The position numbers and the translations under genes are program-made. From NCBI GenBank assembly GCA_964016885.1, contig OZ024760.1, positions 33,232,001-33,296,000 on the forward strand: a DNA stretch of 64,000 nt, written 5' to 3'. Under the pieces are notes generated by a model. The model did no database searches. It saw only the letters and a program-made list of their open reading frames with translations, and had not been told where the DNA came from. Shown piece by piece: positions 1 to 15,000 of this stretch; position 1 is the first letter of the stretch; each line of letters begins with the position of its first letter. The DNA is from Eledone cirrhosa. Taxonomy: Eukaryota.

Positions 1-3000
1 CAACTTTACTACCAGTGAACTGAGGTAACATCCCTTATCTCAGCTTTACTACCAGTGAACTGAGGTAACACCCCTTATCTCAACTTTACTACCAGTTAAC
101 TGAGGTAACACTCCTTATCTCAGCTTTATTACCAGTTAACTGAGGTAACACTCCTTATCTCAGCTTTACTACCAGTTAACTGAGGTAACACCCCTTACCT
201 CAGCATTACTACCAGTTAACTGAGGTAACACCCCTTACCTCAGCTTTACTACCAGTTAACTGAGGTAACACCCCTTACCTCAGCGTTACTACCAGTTAAC
301 TGAGGTAACACACCTTATCTCAGCTCTACTACCAGTTAACTGAGGTAACACTCCTTATCTCAGCTTTACTACCATTTAACTGGGGTAACATCCCTTATCT
401 CAGCCTTACTCCCAGTTAACTGAGGTAACATCTCTTACCTCAGCTTTACTACCAGTGAACTGAGGTAACACCCCTTATCTCAGCTTTACTAGCAGTTAAC
501 TGAGGTAACATCCCTTATCTCAGCTTTACTACCAGTGAACTGAGGTAACACCCCTTATCTCAGCTTTACTACCAGTGAACTGAGGTAACACCCCTTATCT
601 CAGCTTTACTACCAGTTAACTGAGGTAACACTCCTTATCTCAGCTTTACTACCAGTTAACTGAGGTAACACTCTTTATCTCGGCTTTACTACCAGTGAAC
701 TGAGGTAACACCCCTTATCTCAGCTTTACTACCAGTTAACTGAGGTAACACTCCTTATCTCAGCTTTACTACCAGTGAACCGAGGTAACACCCCTTATCT
801 CAGCTTTACTACCAGTTAACTGAGATAACACTCCTTATCTCAGCTTTACTACCAGTGAACTGAGGTAACACCCCTTATCTCAGCTTTACTACCAGTGAAC
901 TGAGGTAACACCCCTTATCTCAGCTTTACTCCCAGTTAACTGAGGTAACATCTCTTGCCTCAACTTTACTACCAGTTAACTGAGGTAACACCCCTTACCT
1001 CAGCTTTACTACCAGTTAACTGAGGTAACACCCCTTACCTCAGCGTTACTACCATTTAACTGAGGTAACACACCTTATCTCAGCTCTACTACCAGTTAAC
1101 TGAGGTAACACTCCTTATCTCAGCTTTACTACCATTTAACTGGGGTAACATCCCTTATCTCAGCCTTACTCCCAGTTAACTGAGGTAACATCTCTTACCT
1201 CAGCTTTACTACCAGTGAACTGAGGTAACACCCCTTATCTCAGCTTTACTACCAGTTAACTGAGGTAACATCCCTTATCTCAGCTTTACTACCAGTGAAC
1301 TGAGGTAACACCCCTTATCTCAGCTTTACTACCAGTGAACTGAGGTAACACGCCTTATCTCAGCTTTACTACCAGTTAACTGAGGTAACACTCCTTATCT
1401 CAGCTTTACTACCAGTTAACTGAGGTAACACTCTTTATCTCGGCTTTACTACCAGTGAACTGAGGTAACACCCCTTATCTCAGCTTTACTACCAGTTAAC
1501 TGAGGTAACACTCCTTATCTCAGCTTTACTACCAGTGAACTGAGGTAACACCCCTTATCTCAGCTTTACTACCAGTTAACTGAGGTAACACTCCTTATCT
1601 CAGCTTTACTACCAGTGAACTGAGGTAACACCCCTTATCTCAGCTTTACTACCAGTGAACTGAGGTAACACCCCTTATCTCAGCTTTACTCCCAGTTAAC
1701 TGAGGTAACATCTCTTGCCTCAACTTTACTACCAGTTAACTGAGGTAACACTCCTTATCTCAGCTTTACTACCAGTGAACTCAGGTAACACCCCTTATCT
1801 CAGCTTTACTCCCAGTAAACTGAGGTAACACCCCTTATCTCAGCTTTACTACCAGTTAACTGAGGTAACACCCCTTATCTCAGCTTTACTACCAGTGAAC
1901 TGAGGTAACACCCCTTATCTCAGATTTACTACCAGTTAACTGAGGTAACATCCCTTATCTCAGCTTTACTACCAGTTAACTGAGGTAACACCCCTTATCT
2001 CAGCTTTACTACCAGTTAACTGAGGTAACACCCCTTATCTCAGCTTTACTACCAGTGAACTGAGGTAACATCCCTTATCTCAGCTTTACGACCAGTGAAC
2101 TGAGGTAACACCCCTTATCTCAGCTTTACTACCAGTGAACTGAGGTAACATCCCTTATCTCAGCTTTACTACCAGTGAACTGAGGTAACATCCCTTATCT
2201 CAGCTTTACTACCAGTGAACTGAGTTAACCCTCCTTATCTCAGCTTTACTACCAGTGAACTGAGGTAACCCTCCTTATCTCAGCTTTACTACCAGTTAAC
2301 TGAGGTAACCCTCCTTATCTCAGCTTTACTACCAGTGAACTGAGGTAACACCCCTTATCTCAGCTTTACTACCAGTGAACTGAGGTAACATCCCTTATCT
2401 CAGCTTTACTACCAGTGAACTGAGGTAACACCCCTTATCTCAGATTTACTACCAGTTAACTGAGGTAACATCCCTTATCTCAGCTTTACTACCAGTTAAC
2501 TGAGGTATCACCCCTTATCTCAACTTTACTACCAGTTAACTGAGGTAACACTCCTTATCTCAGCTTTACTACCAGTTAACTGAGGTAACACTCCTTATCT
2601 CAGCTTTAATACCAGTTAACTGAGGTAACACACCTTATATCAGCTTTAATACCAGTTAACTGAGGTAACACCCCTTATCTCAGCTTTAATACCAGTTAAC
2701 TGAGGTAACACCCCTTATCTCAGCTTTACTACCAGTTAACTGAGGTAACACCCCTTATCTCAGCTTTACTACCAGTTAACTGAGTTAACACCCCTTATCT
2801 CAGCTTTAATACCAGTTAACTGAGTTAACACCCCTTATCTCAGCTTTACTACCAGTGAACTGAGGTAACACACCTTATCTCAGCTTTACTACCAGTTAAC
2901 TGAGGTATCACCCCTTATCTCAGCTTTACTACCAGTTAACTGAGGTAACACTCCTTATCTCAGCTTTACTACCAGTTAACTGAGGTAACACCCCTTACCT

Positions 3001-6000
3001 CAGCTTTAGTACCAGTTAACTGGGGTAACATCCCTTATCTCAGCTTTACTACCAGTGAACTGAGGTAACACCCCTTATCTCAGCTTTACTACCAGTTAAC
3101 TGAGGTAACACTCCTTATCTCAGCTTTACTACCAGTTAACTGAGGTAACACCCCTTACCTCAGCTTTACTACCAGTTAACTGAGGTAACACCCCTTATCT
3201 CAGCTTTACTACCAGTTAACAGAGGTAACATCCCTTATCTCAGCTTTACTACCAGTGAACTGGGGTAACACCCCTTATCTCAGCTTTACTACCAGTGAAC
3301 TGAGGTAACACCCCTTATCTCAGCTTTACTACCAGTTAACTGAGGTAACACCCCTTATCTCAGCTTTACTACCAGTGAACTGGGGTAACACCCCTTATCT
3401 CAGATTTACAACCAGTTAACTGAGGTAACACCCCTTATCTCAGCTTTGCTACCAGTGAACTGAGGTAACACTCCTTATCTCAACTTTACTACCAGTTAAC
3501 AGAGGTAACACCCCTTATCTCAGCTTTACTACCAGTTAACTGAGGTAACATCCCTTATCTCAGCTATACTACCAGTTAACTGAGGTAACACCCCTTATCT
3601 CAGCTTTACTACCAGTGAACTGAGGTAACACCCCTTATCTCAGCTTTACTACCAGTTAACTGAGGTAACACCCCTTATCTCAGCTTTACTACCAGTTAAC
3701 TGAGGTAACATCCCTTATCTCAGCTTTACTACCAGTTAACTGAGGTAACACCCCTTATCTCAGCTTTACTACCAGTGAACTGAGGTAACACTCCTTATCT
3801 CAGCTTTACTACCAGTTAACTGAGGTAACACCCCTTATCTCAGCTTTACTACCAGTTAACTGAGGTAACATCCCTTATCTCAGCTTTACTACCAGTTAAC
3901 TGAGGTAACACCCCTTATCTCAGCTTTACTACCAGTTAACTGAGGTAATACCCCTTATCTCAGCTTTACTACCAGTTAACTGAGGTAACACCCCTTATCT
4001 CAGCTTTACTACCAGTTAACTGAGGTAACACTCCTTATCTCTGCTTTACTACAAGTTAACTGAGGTAACATCCCTTATCTCAGCTTTACTACCAGTTAAC
4101 TGAGGTAACACCCCTTATCTCAGCTTTACTACCAGTTAACTGAGGTAACATCCCTTATCTCAGCTTTACTACCAGTTAACTGAGGTAACACCCCTTATCT
4201 CAGCTTTACTACCAGTGAACTGAGGTAACACCCCTTATCTCAGCTTTACTACCAGTTAACTGAGGTAACACCCCTTATCTCAGCTTTACTACCAGTTAAC
4301 TGAGGTAACATCCCTTATCTCAGCTTTACTACCAGTTACTGAGGTAACACCCCTTATCTCAGCTTTACTACCAGTGAACTGAGGTAACACTCCTTATCTC
4401 AGCTTTACTACCAGTGAACTGAGGTAACACTCCTTATCTCAGCTTTACTACCAGTGAACTGAGGTAACACCCCTTATCTCAGCTTTACTACCAGTTAACT
4501 GAGGTAACACCCCTTATCTCAGCTTTACTACCAGTTAATTGAGGTAACACCCCTTATCTCAGCTTTACTACCAGTGAACTGAGGTAACATCCCTTATCTC
4601 AGCTTTACTACCAGTGAACTGAGGTAACACCCCTTATCTCAGCTTTACTACCAGTTAACTGAGGTAACACTCCTTATCTCAGCTTTGCTACCAGTGAACT
4701 GAGGTAACACTCCTTACCTGAGCTTTACTACCAGTTAACTGAGGTAACATCCCTTATCTCAGCTTTACTACCAGTTAACGGAGGTAACACCCCTTATCTC
4801 AGCTTTACTACCAGTTAACTGAGGTAACACTCCTTATCTCAGCTTTACTACCAGTTAACTGAGGTAACACCCCTTACCTCAACATTACTACCAGTTAACT
4901 GAGGTAACACCCCTTACCTCAGCTTTACTACCAGTTAACTGGGGTAACATCCCTTATCTCAGCTTTACTACCAGTGAACTGAGGTAACACCCCTTATCTC
5001 AGCTTTACTACCAGTTAACTGAGGTAACACTCCTTATCTCGGCTTTACTACCAGTTAACTGAGGTAACACCCCTTACCTCAGCTTTACTACCAGTTAACT
5101 GAGGTAACACCCCTTATCTCAGCTTTACTACCAGTTAACAGAGGTAACATCCCTTATCTCAGCTTTACTACCAGTGAACTGGGGTAACACCCCTTATCTC
5201 AGCTTTACTACCAGTGAACTGAGGTAACACCCCTTATCTCAGCTTTACTACCAGTTAACTGAGGTAACACCCCTTATCTCAGCTTTACTACCAGTGAACT
5301 GGGGTAACACCCCTTATCTCAGATTTACAACCAGTTAACTGAGGTAACACCCCTTATCTCAGCTTTGCTACCAGTGAACTGAGGTAACACTCCTTATCTC
5401 AACTTTACTACCAGTTAACAGAGGTAACACCCCTTATCTCAGCTTTACTACCAGTTAACTGAGGTAACATCCCTTATCTCAGCTTTACTACCAGTTAACT
5501 GAGGTAACACCCCTTATCTCAGCTTTACTACCAGTGAACTGAGGTAACACCCCTTATCTCAGCTTTACTACCAGTTAACTGAGGTAACACCCCTTATCTC
5601 AGCTTTACTACCAGTTAACTGAGGTAACATCCCTTATCTCAGCTTTACTACCAGTTAACTGAGGTAACACCCCTTATCTCAGCTTTACTACCAGTGAACT
5701 GAGGTAACACTCCTTATCTCAGCTTTACTACCAGTTAACAGAGGTAACATCCCTTATCTCAGCTTTACTACCAGTGAACTGGGGTAACACCCCTTATCTC
5801 AGCTTTACTACCAGTGAACTGAGGTAACACCCCTTATCTCAGCTTTACTACCAGTTAACTGAGGTAACACCCCTTATCTCAGCTTTACTACCAGTGAACT
5901 GGGGTAACACCCCTTATCTCAGATTTACAACCAGTTAACTGAGGTAACACCCCTTATCTCAGCTTTGCTACCAGTGAACTGAGGTAACACTCCTTATCTC

Positions 6001-9000
6001 AACTTTACTACCAGTTAACAGAGGTAACACCCCTTATCTCAGCTTTACTACCAGTTAACTGAGGTAACATCCCTTATCTCAGCTATACTACCAGTTAACT
6101 GAGGTAACACCCCTTATCTCAGCTTTACTACCAGTGAACTGAGGTAACACCCCTTATCTCAGCTTTACTACCAGTTAACTGAGGTAACACCCCTTATCTC
6201 AGCTTTACTACCAGTTAACTGAGGTAACATCCCTTATCTCAGCTTTACTACCAGTTAACTGAGGTAACACCCCTTATCTCAGCTTTACTACCAGTGAACT
6301 GAGGTAACACTCCTTATCTCAGCTTTACTACCAGTGAACTGAGGTAACACTCCTTATCTCAGCTTTACTACCAGTTAACTGAGGTAACACCCCTTATCTC
6401 AGCTTTACTACCAGTTAACTGAGGTAACATCCCTTATCTCAGCTTTACTACCAGTTAACTGAGGTAACACCCCTTATCTCAGCGTTACTACCAGTTAACT
6501 GAGGTAACACCCCTTATCTCAGCTTTACTACCAGTTAACTGAGGTAACACCCCTTATCTCAGCTTTACTACCAGTTAACTGAGGTAACACTCCTTATCTC
6601 TGCTTTACTACAAGTTAACTGAGGTAACATCCCTTATCTCAGCTTTACTACCAGTTAACTGAGGTAACACCCCTTATCTCAGCTTTACTACCAGTTAACT
6701 GAGGTAACATCCCTTATCTCAGCTTTACTACCAGTTAACTGAGGTAACACCCCTTATCTCAGCTTTACTACCAGTGAACTGAGGTAACACCCCTTATCTC
6801 AGCTTTACTACCAGTTAACTGAGGTAACACCCCTTATCTCAGCTTTACTACCAGTTAACTGAGGTAACACCCCTTATCTCAGCTTTACTACCAGTGAACT
6901 GAGGTAACACCCCTTATCTCAGCTTTACTACCAGTTAACTGAGGTAACACCCCTTATCTCAGCTTTACTACCAGTTAACTGAGGTAACATCCCTTATCTC
7001 AGCTTTACTACCAGTTAACTGAGGTAACACCCCTTATCTCAGCTTTACTACCAGTGAACTGAGGTAACACTCCTTATCTCAGCTTTACTACCAGTTAACA
7101 GAGGTAACATCCCTTATCTCAGCTTTACTACCAGTGAACTGGGGTAACACCCCTTATCTCAGCTTTACTACCAGTGAACTGAGGTAACACCCCTTATCTC
7201 AGCTTTACTACCAGTTAACTGAGGTAACACCCCTTATCTCAGCTTTACTACCAGTGAACTGGGGTAACACCCCTTATCTCAGATTTACAACCAGTTAACT
7301 GAGGTAACACCCCTTATCTCAGCTTTGCTACCAGTGAACTGAGGTAACACTCCTTATCTCAACTTTACTACCAGTTAACAGAGGTAACACCCCTTATCTC
7401 AGCTTTACTACCAGTTAACTGAGGTAACATCCCTTATCTCAGCTATACTACCAGTTAACTGAGGTAACACCCCTTATCTCAGCTTTACTACCAGTGAACT
7501 GAGGTAACACCCCTTATCTCAGCTTTACTACCAGTTAACTGAGGTAACACCCCTTATCTCAGCTTTACTACCAGTTAACTGAGGTAACATCCCTTATCTC
7601 AGCTTTACTACCAGTTAACTGAGGTAACACCCCTTATCTCAGCTTTACTACCAGTGAACTGAGGTAACACTCCTTATCTCAGCTTTACTACCAGTGAACT
7701 GAGGTAACACTCCTTATCTCAGCTTTACTACCAGTTAACTGAGGTAACACCCCTTATCTCAGCTTTACTACCAGTTAACTGAGGTAACATCCCTTATCTC
7801 AGCTTTACTACCAGTTAACTGAGGTAACACCCCTTATCTCAGCTTTACTACCAGTTAACTGAGCTAACACCCCTTATCTCAGCTTTACTACCAGTTAACT
7901 GAGGTAACACCCCTTATCTCAGCTTTACTACCAGTTAACTGAGGTAACACTCCTTATCTCTGCTTTACTACAAGTTAACTGAGGTAACATCCCTTATCTC
8001 AGCTTTACTACCAGTTAACTGAGGTAACACCCCTTATCTCAGCTTTACTACCAGTTAACTGAGGTAACATCCCTTATCTCAGCTTTACTACCAGTTAACT
8101 GAGGTAACACCCCTTATCTCAGCTTTACTACCAATGAACTGAGGTAACACCCCTTATCTCAGCTTTACTACCAGTTAACTGAGGTAACACCCCTTATCTC
8201 AGCTTTACTACCAGTTAACTGAGGTAACATCCCTTATCTCAGCTTTACTACCAGTTACTGAGGTAACACCCCTTATCTCAGCTTTACTACCTGTGAACTG
8301 AGGTAACACTCCTTATCTCAGCTTTACTACCAGTGAACTGAGGTAACACTCCTTATCTCAGCTTTACTACCAGTGAACTGAGGTAACACCCCTTATCTCA
8401 GCTTTACTACCAGTTAACTGAGGTAACACCCCTTATCTCAGCTTTACTACCAGTTAATTGAGGTAACACCCCTTATCTCAGCTTTACTACCAGTGAACTG
8501 AGGTAACATCCCTTATCTCAGCTTTACTACCAGTGAACTGAGGTAACACCCCTTATCTCAGCTTTACTACCAGTTAACTGAGGTAACACTCCTTATCTCA
8601 GCTTTGCTACCAGTGAACTGAGGTAACACTCCTTACCTGAGCTTTACTACCAGTTAACTGAGGTAACATCCCTTATCTCAGCTTTACTACCAGTTAACGG
8701 AGGTAACACCCCTTATCTCAGCTTTACTACCAGTTAACTGAGGTAACACTCCTTATCTCAGCTTTACTACCAGTTAACTGAGGTAACACCCCTTACCTCA
8801 ACATTACTACCAGTTAACTGAGGTAACACCCCTTACCTCAGCTTTACTACCAGTTAACTGAGGTAACACCCCTTATCTCAGCTTTACTACCAGTTAACAG
8901 AGGTAACATCCCTTATCTCAGCTTTACTACCAGTGAACTGGGGTAACACCCCTTATCTCAGCTTTACTACCAGTGAACTGAGGTAACACCCCTTATCTCA

Positions 9001-12000
9001 GCTTTACTACCAGTTAACTGAGGTAACACCCCTTATCTCAGCTTTACTACCAGTGAACTGGGGTAACACCCCTTATCTCAGATTTACAACCAGTTAACTG
9101 AGGTAACACCCCTTATCTCAGCTTTGCTACCAGTGAACTGAGGTAACACTCCTTATCTCAACTTTACTACCAGTTAACAGAGGTAACACCCCTTATCTCA
9201 GCTTTACTACCAGTTAACTGAGGTAACATCCCTTATCTCAGCTTTACTACCAGTTAACTGAGGTAACACCCCTTATCTCAGCTTTACTACCAGTGAACTG
9301 AGGTAACACCCCTTATCTCAGCTTTACTACCAGTTAACTGAGGTAACACCCCTTATCTCAGCTTTACTACCAGTTAACTGAGGTAACATCCCTTATCTCA
9401 GCTTTACTACCAGTTAACTGAGGTAACACCCCTTATCTCAGCTTTACTACCAGTGAACTGAGGTAACACTCCTTATCTCAGCTTTACTACCAGTGAACTG
9501 AGGTAACACTCCTTATCTCAGCTTTACTACCAGTTAACTGAGGTAACATCCCTTATCTCAGCTTTACTACCAGTTAACTGAGGTAACACCCCTTATCTCA
9601 GCTTTACTACCAGTTAACTGAGGTAACACCCCTTATCTCAGCTTTACTACCAGTTAACTGAGGTAACACCCCTTATCTCAGCTTTACTACCAGTTAACTG
9701 AGGTAACACTCCTTATCTCTGCTTTACTACAAGTTAACTGAGGTAACATCCCTTATCTCAGCTTTACTACCAGTTAACTGAGGTAACACCCCTTATCTCA
9801 GCTTTACTACCAGTAAACTGAGGTAACATCCCTTATCTCAGCTTTACTACCAGTTAACTGAGGTAACACCCCTTATCTCAGCTTTACTACCATTGAACTG
9901 AGGTAACACCCCTTATCTCAGCTTTACTACCAGTTAACTGAGGTAACACCCCTTATCTCAGCTTTACTACCAGTTAACTGAGGTAACATCCCTTATCTCA
10001 GCTTTACTACCAGTTACTGAGGTAACACCCCTTATCTCAGCTTTACTACCAGTGAACTGAGGTAACACTCCTTATCTCAGCTTTACTACCAGTGAACTGA
10101 GGTAACACTCCTTATCTCAGCTTTACTACCAGTGAACTGAGGTAACACCCCTTATCTCAGCTTTACTACCAGTTAACTGAGGTAACACCCCTTATCTCAG
10201 CTTTACTACCAGTTAATTGAGGTAACACCCCTTATCTCAGCTTTACTACCAGTGAACTGAGGTAACATCCCTTATCTCAGCTTTACTACCAGTGAACTGA
10301 GGTAACACCCCTTATCTCAGCTTTACTACCAGTTAACTGAGGTAACACTCCTTATCTCAGCTTTGCTACCAGTGAACTGAGGTAACACTCCTTACCTGAG
10401 CTTTACTACCAGTTAACTGAGGTAACATCCCTTATCTCAGCTTTACTACCAGTTAACGGAGGTAACACCCCTTATCTCAGCTTTACTACCAGTTAACTGA
10501 GGTAACACTCCTTATCTCAGCTTTACTACCAGTTAACTGAGGTAACACCCCTTACCTCAACATTACTACCAGTTAACTGAGGTAACACCCCTTACCTCAG
10601 CTTTACTACCAGTTAACTGAGGTAACACCCCTTACCTCAGCGTTACTACCAGTTAACTGAGGTAACACACCTTATCTCAGCTTTACTACCAGTTAACTGA
10701 GGTAACACTCCTTATCTCAGCTTTACTACCATTTAACTGGGGTAACATCCCTTATCTCAGCCTTACTCCCAGTTAACTGAGGTAATATCTCTTACATCAG
10801 CTTTATACCAGTTAACTGAGGTAACACCCCTTATCTCAGCTTTACTACCAGTTAACTGAGGTAACATCCCTTATCTCATCTTTACTACCAGTGAACTGAG
10901 GTAACACCCCTTATCTCAGCTTTACTACCAGTTAACTGAGGTAACACTCCTTATCTCAGCTTTACTACCATTTAACTTTGGTAACATCCCTTATCTCAGC
11001 CTTACTCCCAGTTAACTGAGGTAACATCTCTTACCTCAGCTTTACTACCAGTGAACTGAGGTAACACCCCTTATCTCAGCTTTACTACCAGTGAACTGAG
11101 GTAACACCCCTTATCTCAGCTTTACTACCAGTGAACTGAGGTAACACCCCTTATCTCAGCTTTAGAACCAGTTAACTGAGGTAACACTCCTTATCTCAGC
11201 TTTACTACCAGTGAACTGAGGTAACACTCCTTATCTCAGCTTTACTACCAGTGAACTGAGGTAACACTTCTTATCTCAGCTTTACTACCAGTGAACTGAG
11301 GTAACACCCCTTATCTCAGCTTTACTACCAGTTAACTGAGGTAACACCCCTTATCTCAGCTTTACTACCAGTTAATTGAGGTAACACCCCTTATCTCAGC
11401 TTTACTACCAGTGAACTGAGGTAACATCCCTTATCTCAGCTTTACTACCAGTGAACTGAGGTAACACCCCTTATCTCAGCTTTACTACCAGTTAACTGAG
11501 GTAACACTCCTTATCTCAGCTTTGCTACCAGTGAACTGAGGTAACACTCCTTACCTGAGCTTTACTACCAGTTAACTGAGGTAACATCCCTTATCTCAGC
11601 TTTACTACCAGTTAACGGAGGTAACACCCCTTATCTCAGCTTTACTACCAGTTAACTGAGGTAACACTCCTTATCTCAGCTTTACTACCAGTTAACTGAG
11701 GTAACACCCCTTACCTCAACATTACTACCAGTTAACTGAGGTAACACCCCTTACCTCAGCTTTACTACCAGTTAACTGAGGTAACACCCCTTACATCAGC
11801 GTTACTACCAGTTAACTGAGGTAACACACCTTATCTCAGCTTTAATACCAGTTAACTGAGGTAACACTCCTTATCTCAGCTTTACTACCATTTAACTGGG
11901 GTAACATCCCTTATCTCAGACTTACTCCCAGTTAACTGAGGTAATATCTCTTACATCAGCTTTACTACCAGTTAACTGAGGTAACACCCCTTATCTCAGC

Positions 12001-15000
12001 TTTACTACCAGTTAACTGAGGTAACATCCCTTATCTCAGCTTTACTACCAGTGAACTGAGGTAACACACCTTATCTCAGCTTTACTAACAGTTAACTGAG
12101 GTAACACTCCTTATCTCAGCTTTACTACCATTTAACTGGGGTAACATCCCTTATCTCAGCCTTACTCCCAGTTAACTGAGGTAACACCTCTTACCTCAGC
12201 TTTACTACCAGTGAACTGAGGTAACACCCCTTATCTCAGCTTTACTACCAGTTAACTGAGGTAACATCCCTTATCTCAGCTTTACTACCAGTGAACTGAG
12301 GTAACACCCCTTATCTCAGCTTTACTACCAGTGGACTGAGGTAACACCCCTTATCTCAGCTTTACTACCAGTTAACTGAGGTAACACTCCTTATCTCAGC
12401 TTTACTACCAGTTAACTGAGGTAACACTCTTTATCTCAGCTTTACTACCAGTGAACTGAGGTAACACCCCTTATCTCAGCTTTACTACCAGTTAACTGAG
12501 GTAACATCCCTTATCTCAGCTTTACTACCAGTGAATTGAGGTAACACCCCTTATCTCAGCTTGACTCCCAGTGAACTGAGGTAACACCCCTTATCTCAGC
12601 TTTACTACCAGTTAACTGAGGTACCATCCCTTATATCAGCTTTACTACCAGTTAACTGAGGTAACATCCCTTATCTCAGCTTTACTACCAGTTAACTGAG
12701 GTAACACCCCTTATCTCAGCTTTACTACCAGTGAACTGAGGTAACACCCCTTATCTCAGCTTTACTACCAGTTAACTGAGGTAACATCCCTTATCTCAGC
12801 TTTACTACCAGTTAACTGAGGTAACACCCCTTATCTCAGCTTTACTACCAGTGAACTGAGGTAACACTCCTTATCTCAGCTTTACTACCAGTTAACTGAG
12901 GTAACCCTCCTTATCTCAGCTTTACTACCAGTGAACTGAGGTAACACCCCTTATCTCAGCTTTACTACCAGTTAACTGAGGTAACATCCCTTATCTCAGC
13001 TTTACTACCAGTGAACTGAGGTAACACCCCTTATCTCAGCTTTACTACCAGTGAACTGAGGTAACACAGCTTATCTCAGCTTTACTACCAGTTAACTGAG
13101 GTAACACCCCTTATCTCAGCTTTACTACCAGTGAACTGAGGTAACATCCCTTATCTCAGCTTTACTACCAGTGAACTGAGGTAACATCCCTTATCTCAGC
13201 TTTACTACCAGTGAACTGAGGTAACACCCCTTATCTCAGCTTTACTACCAGTGAACTGAGGTAACATCCCTTATCTCAGCTTTACTACCAGTGAACTGAG
13301 GTAACACCCCTTATCTCAGCTTTACTACCAGTTAACTGAGGTAACACCCATTATCTCAGCTTTACTACCAGTGAACTGAGGTAACACCCCTTATCTCAGC
13401 TTTACTCCCAGTTAACTGAGGTAACATCTCTTACCTCAACTTTACTACCAGTTAACTGAGGTAACACTCCTTATCTCAGCTTTACTACCAGTGAACTGAG
13501 GTAACACCCCTTATCTCAGCTTTACTCCCAGTGAACTGAGGTAACACCCCTTATCTCAGCTTTACTACCAGTGAACTGAGGTAACACCCCTTATCTCAGC
13601 TTTACTACCAGTGAACTGAGGTAACATCCCTTATCTCAGCTTTACTACCAGTGAACTGAGGTAACACCCCTTATCTCAGCTTTACTACCAGTTAACTGAG
13701 GTAACACTCCTTATCTCAGCTTTACTACCAGTTAACTGAGGTAACACTCTTTATCTCAGCTTTACTACCAGTGAACTGAGGTAACACCCCTTATCTCAGC
13801 TTTACTACCAGTTAACTGAGGTAACACTCCTTATCTCAGCTTTACTACCAGTGAACTGAGGTAACACCCCTTATCTCAGCTTTACTACCAGTGAACTGAG
13901 GTAACATCCCTTATCTCAGCTTTACTACCAGTGAACTGAGGTAACACCCCTTATCTCAGCTTTACTACCAGTTAACTGAGGTAACACCCATTATCTCAGC
14001 TTTACTACCAGTGAACTGAGGTAACACTCCTTATCTCAGCTTTACTACCAGTGAATTGAGGTAACACCCCTTATCTCAGCTTGACTCCCAGTGAACTGAG
14101 GTAACACCCCTTATCTCAGCTTTACTACCAGTTAACTGAGGTACCATCCCTTATATCAGCTTTACTACCAGTTAACTGAGGTAACATCCCTTATCTCAGC
14201 TTTACTACCAGTGAACTGAGGTAACATCCCTTATCTCAGCTTTACTACCAGTGAACTGAGGTAACATCCCTTATCTCAGCTTTACTACCAGTGAACTGAG
14301 GTAACACCCCTTATCTCAGCTTTACTACCAGTGAACTGAGGTAACACCCCTTATCTCAGCTTTACTACCAGTTAACTGAGGTAACACCCATTATCTCAGC
14401 TTTACTACTAGTGAACTGAGGTAACACCCCTTATCTCAGCTTTACTCCCAGTTAACTGAGGTAACATCTCTTACCTCAACTTTACTACCAGTTAACTGAG
14501 GTAACACTCCTTATCTCAGCTTTACTACCAGTGAACTGAGGTAACACCCCTTATCTCAGCTTTACTCCCAGTGAACTGAGGTAACACCCCTTATCTCAGC
14601 TTTACTACCAGTTAACTGAGGTAACATCCCTTATCTCAGCTTTACTACCAGTTAACGGAGGTAACACCCCTTATGTCAGCTTTACTACCAGTTAACTGAG
14701 GTAACACCTCTTATCTCAGCTTTACTACCAGTGAACTGAGGTAACACTTCTTATCTCAGCTTTACTACCAGTGAACTGAGGTAACACCCCTTATCTCAGC
14801 TTTACTACCAGTTAACTGAGGTAACACCCCTTATCTCAGCTTTACTACCAGTTAATTGAGGTAACACCCCTTATCTCAGCTTTACTACCAGTGAACTGAG
14901 GTAACATCCCTTATCTCAGCTTTACTACCAGTGAACTGAGGTAACACCCCTTATCTCAGCTTTACTACCAGTTAACTGAGGTAACACTCCTTATCTCAGC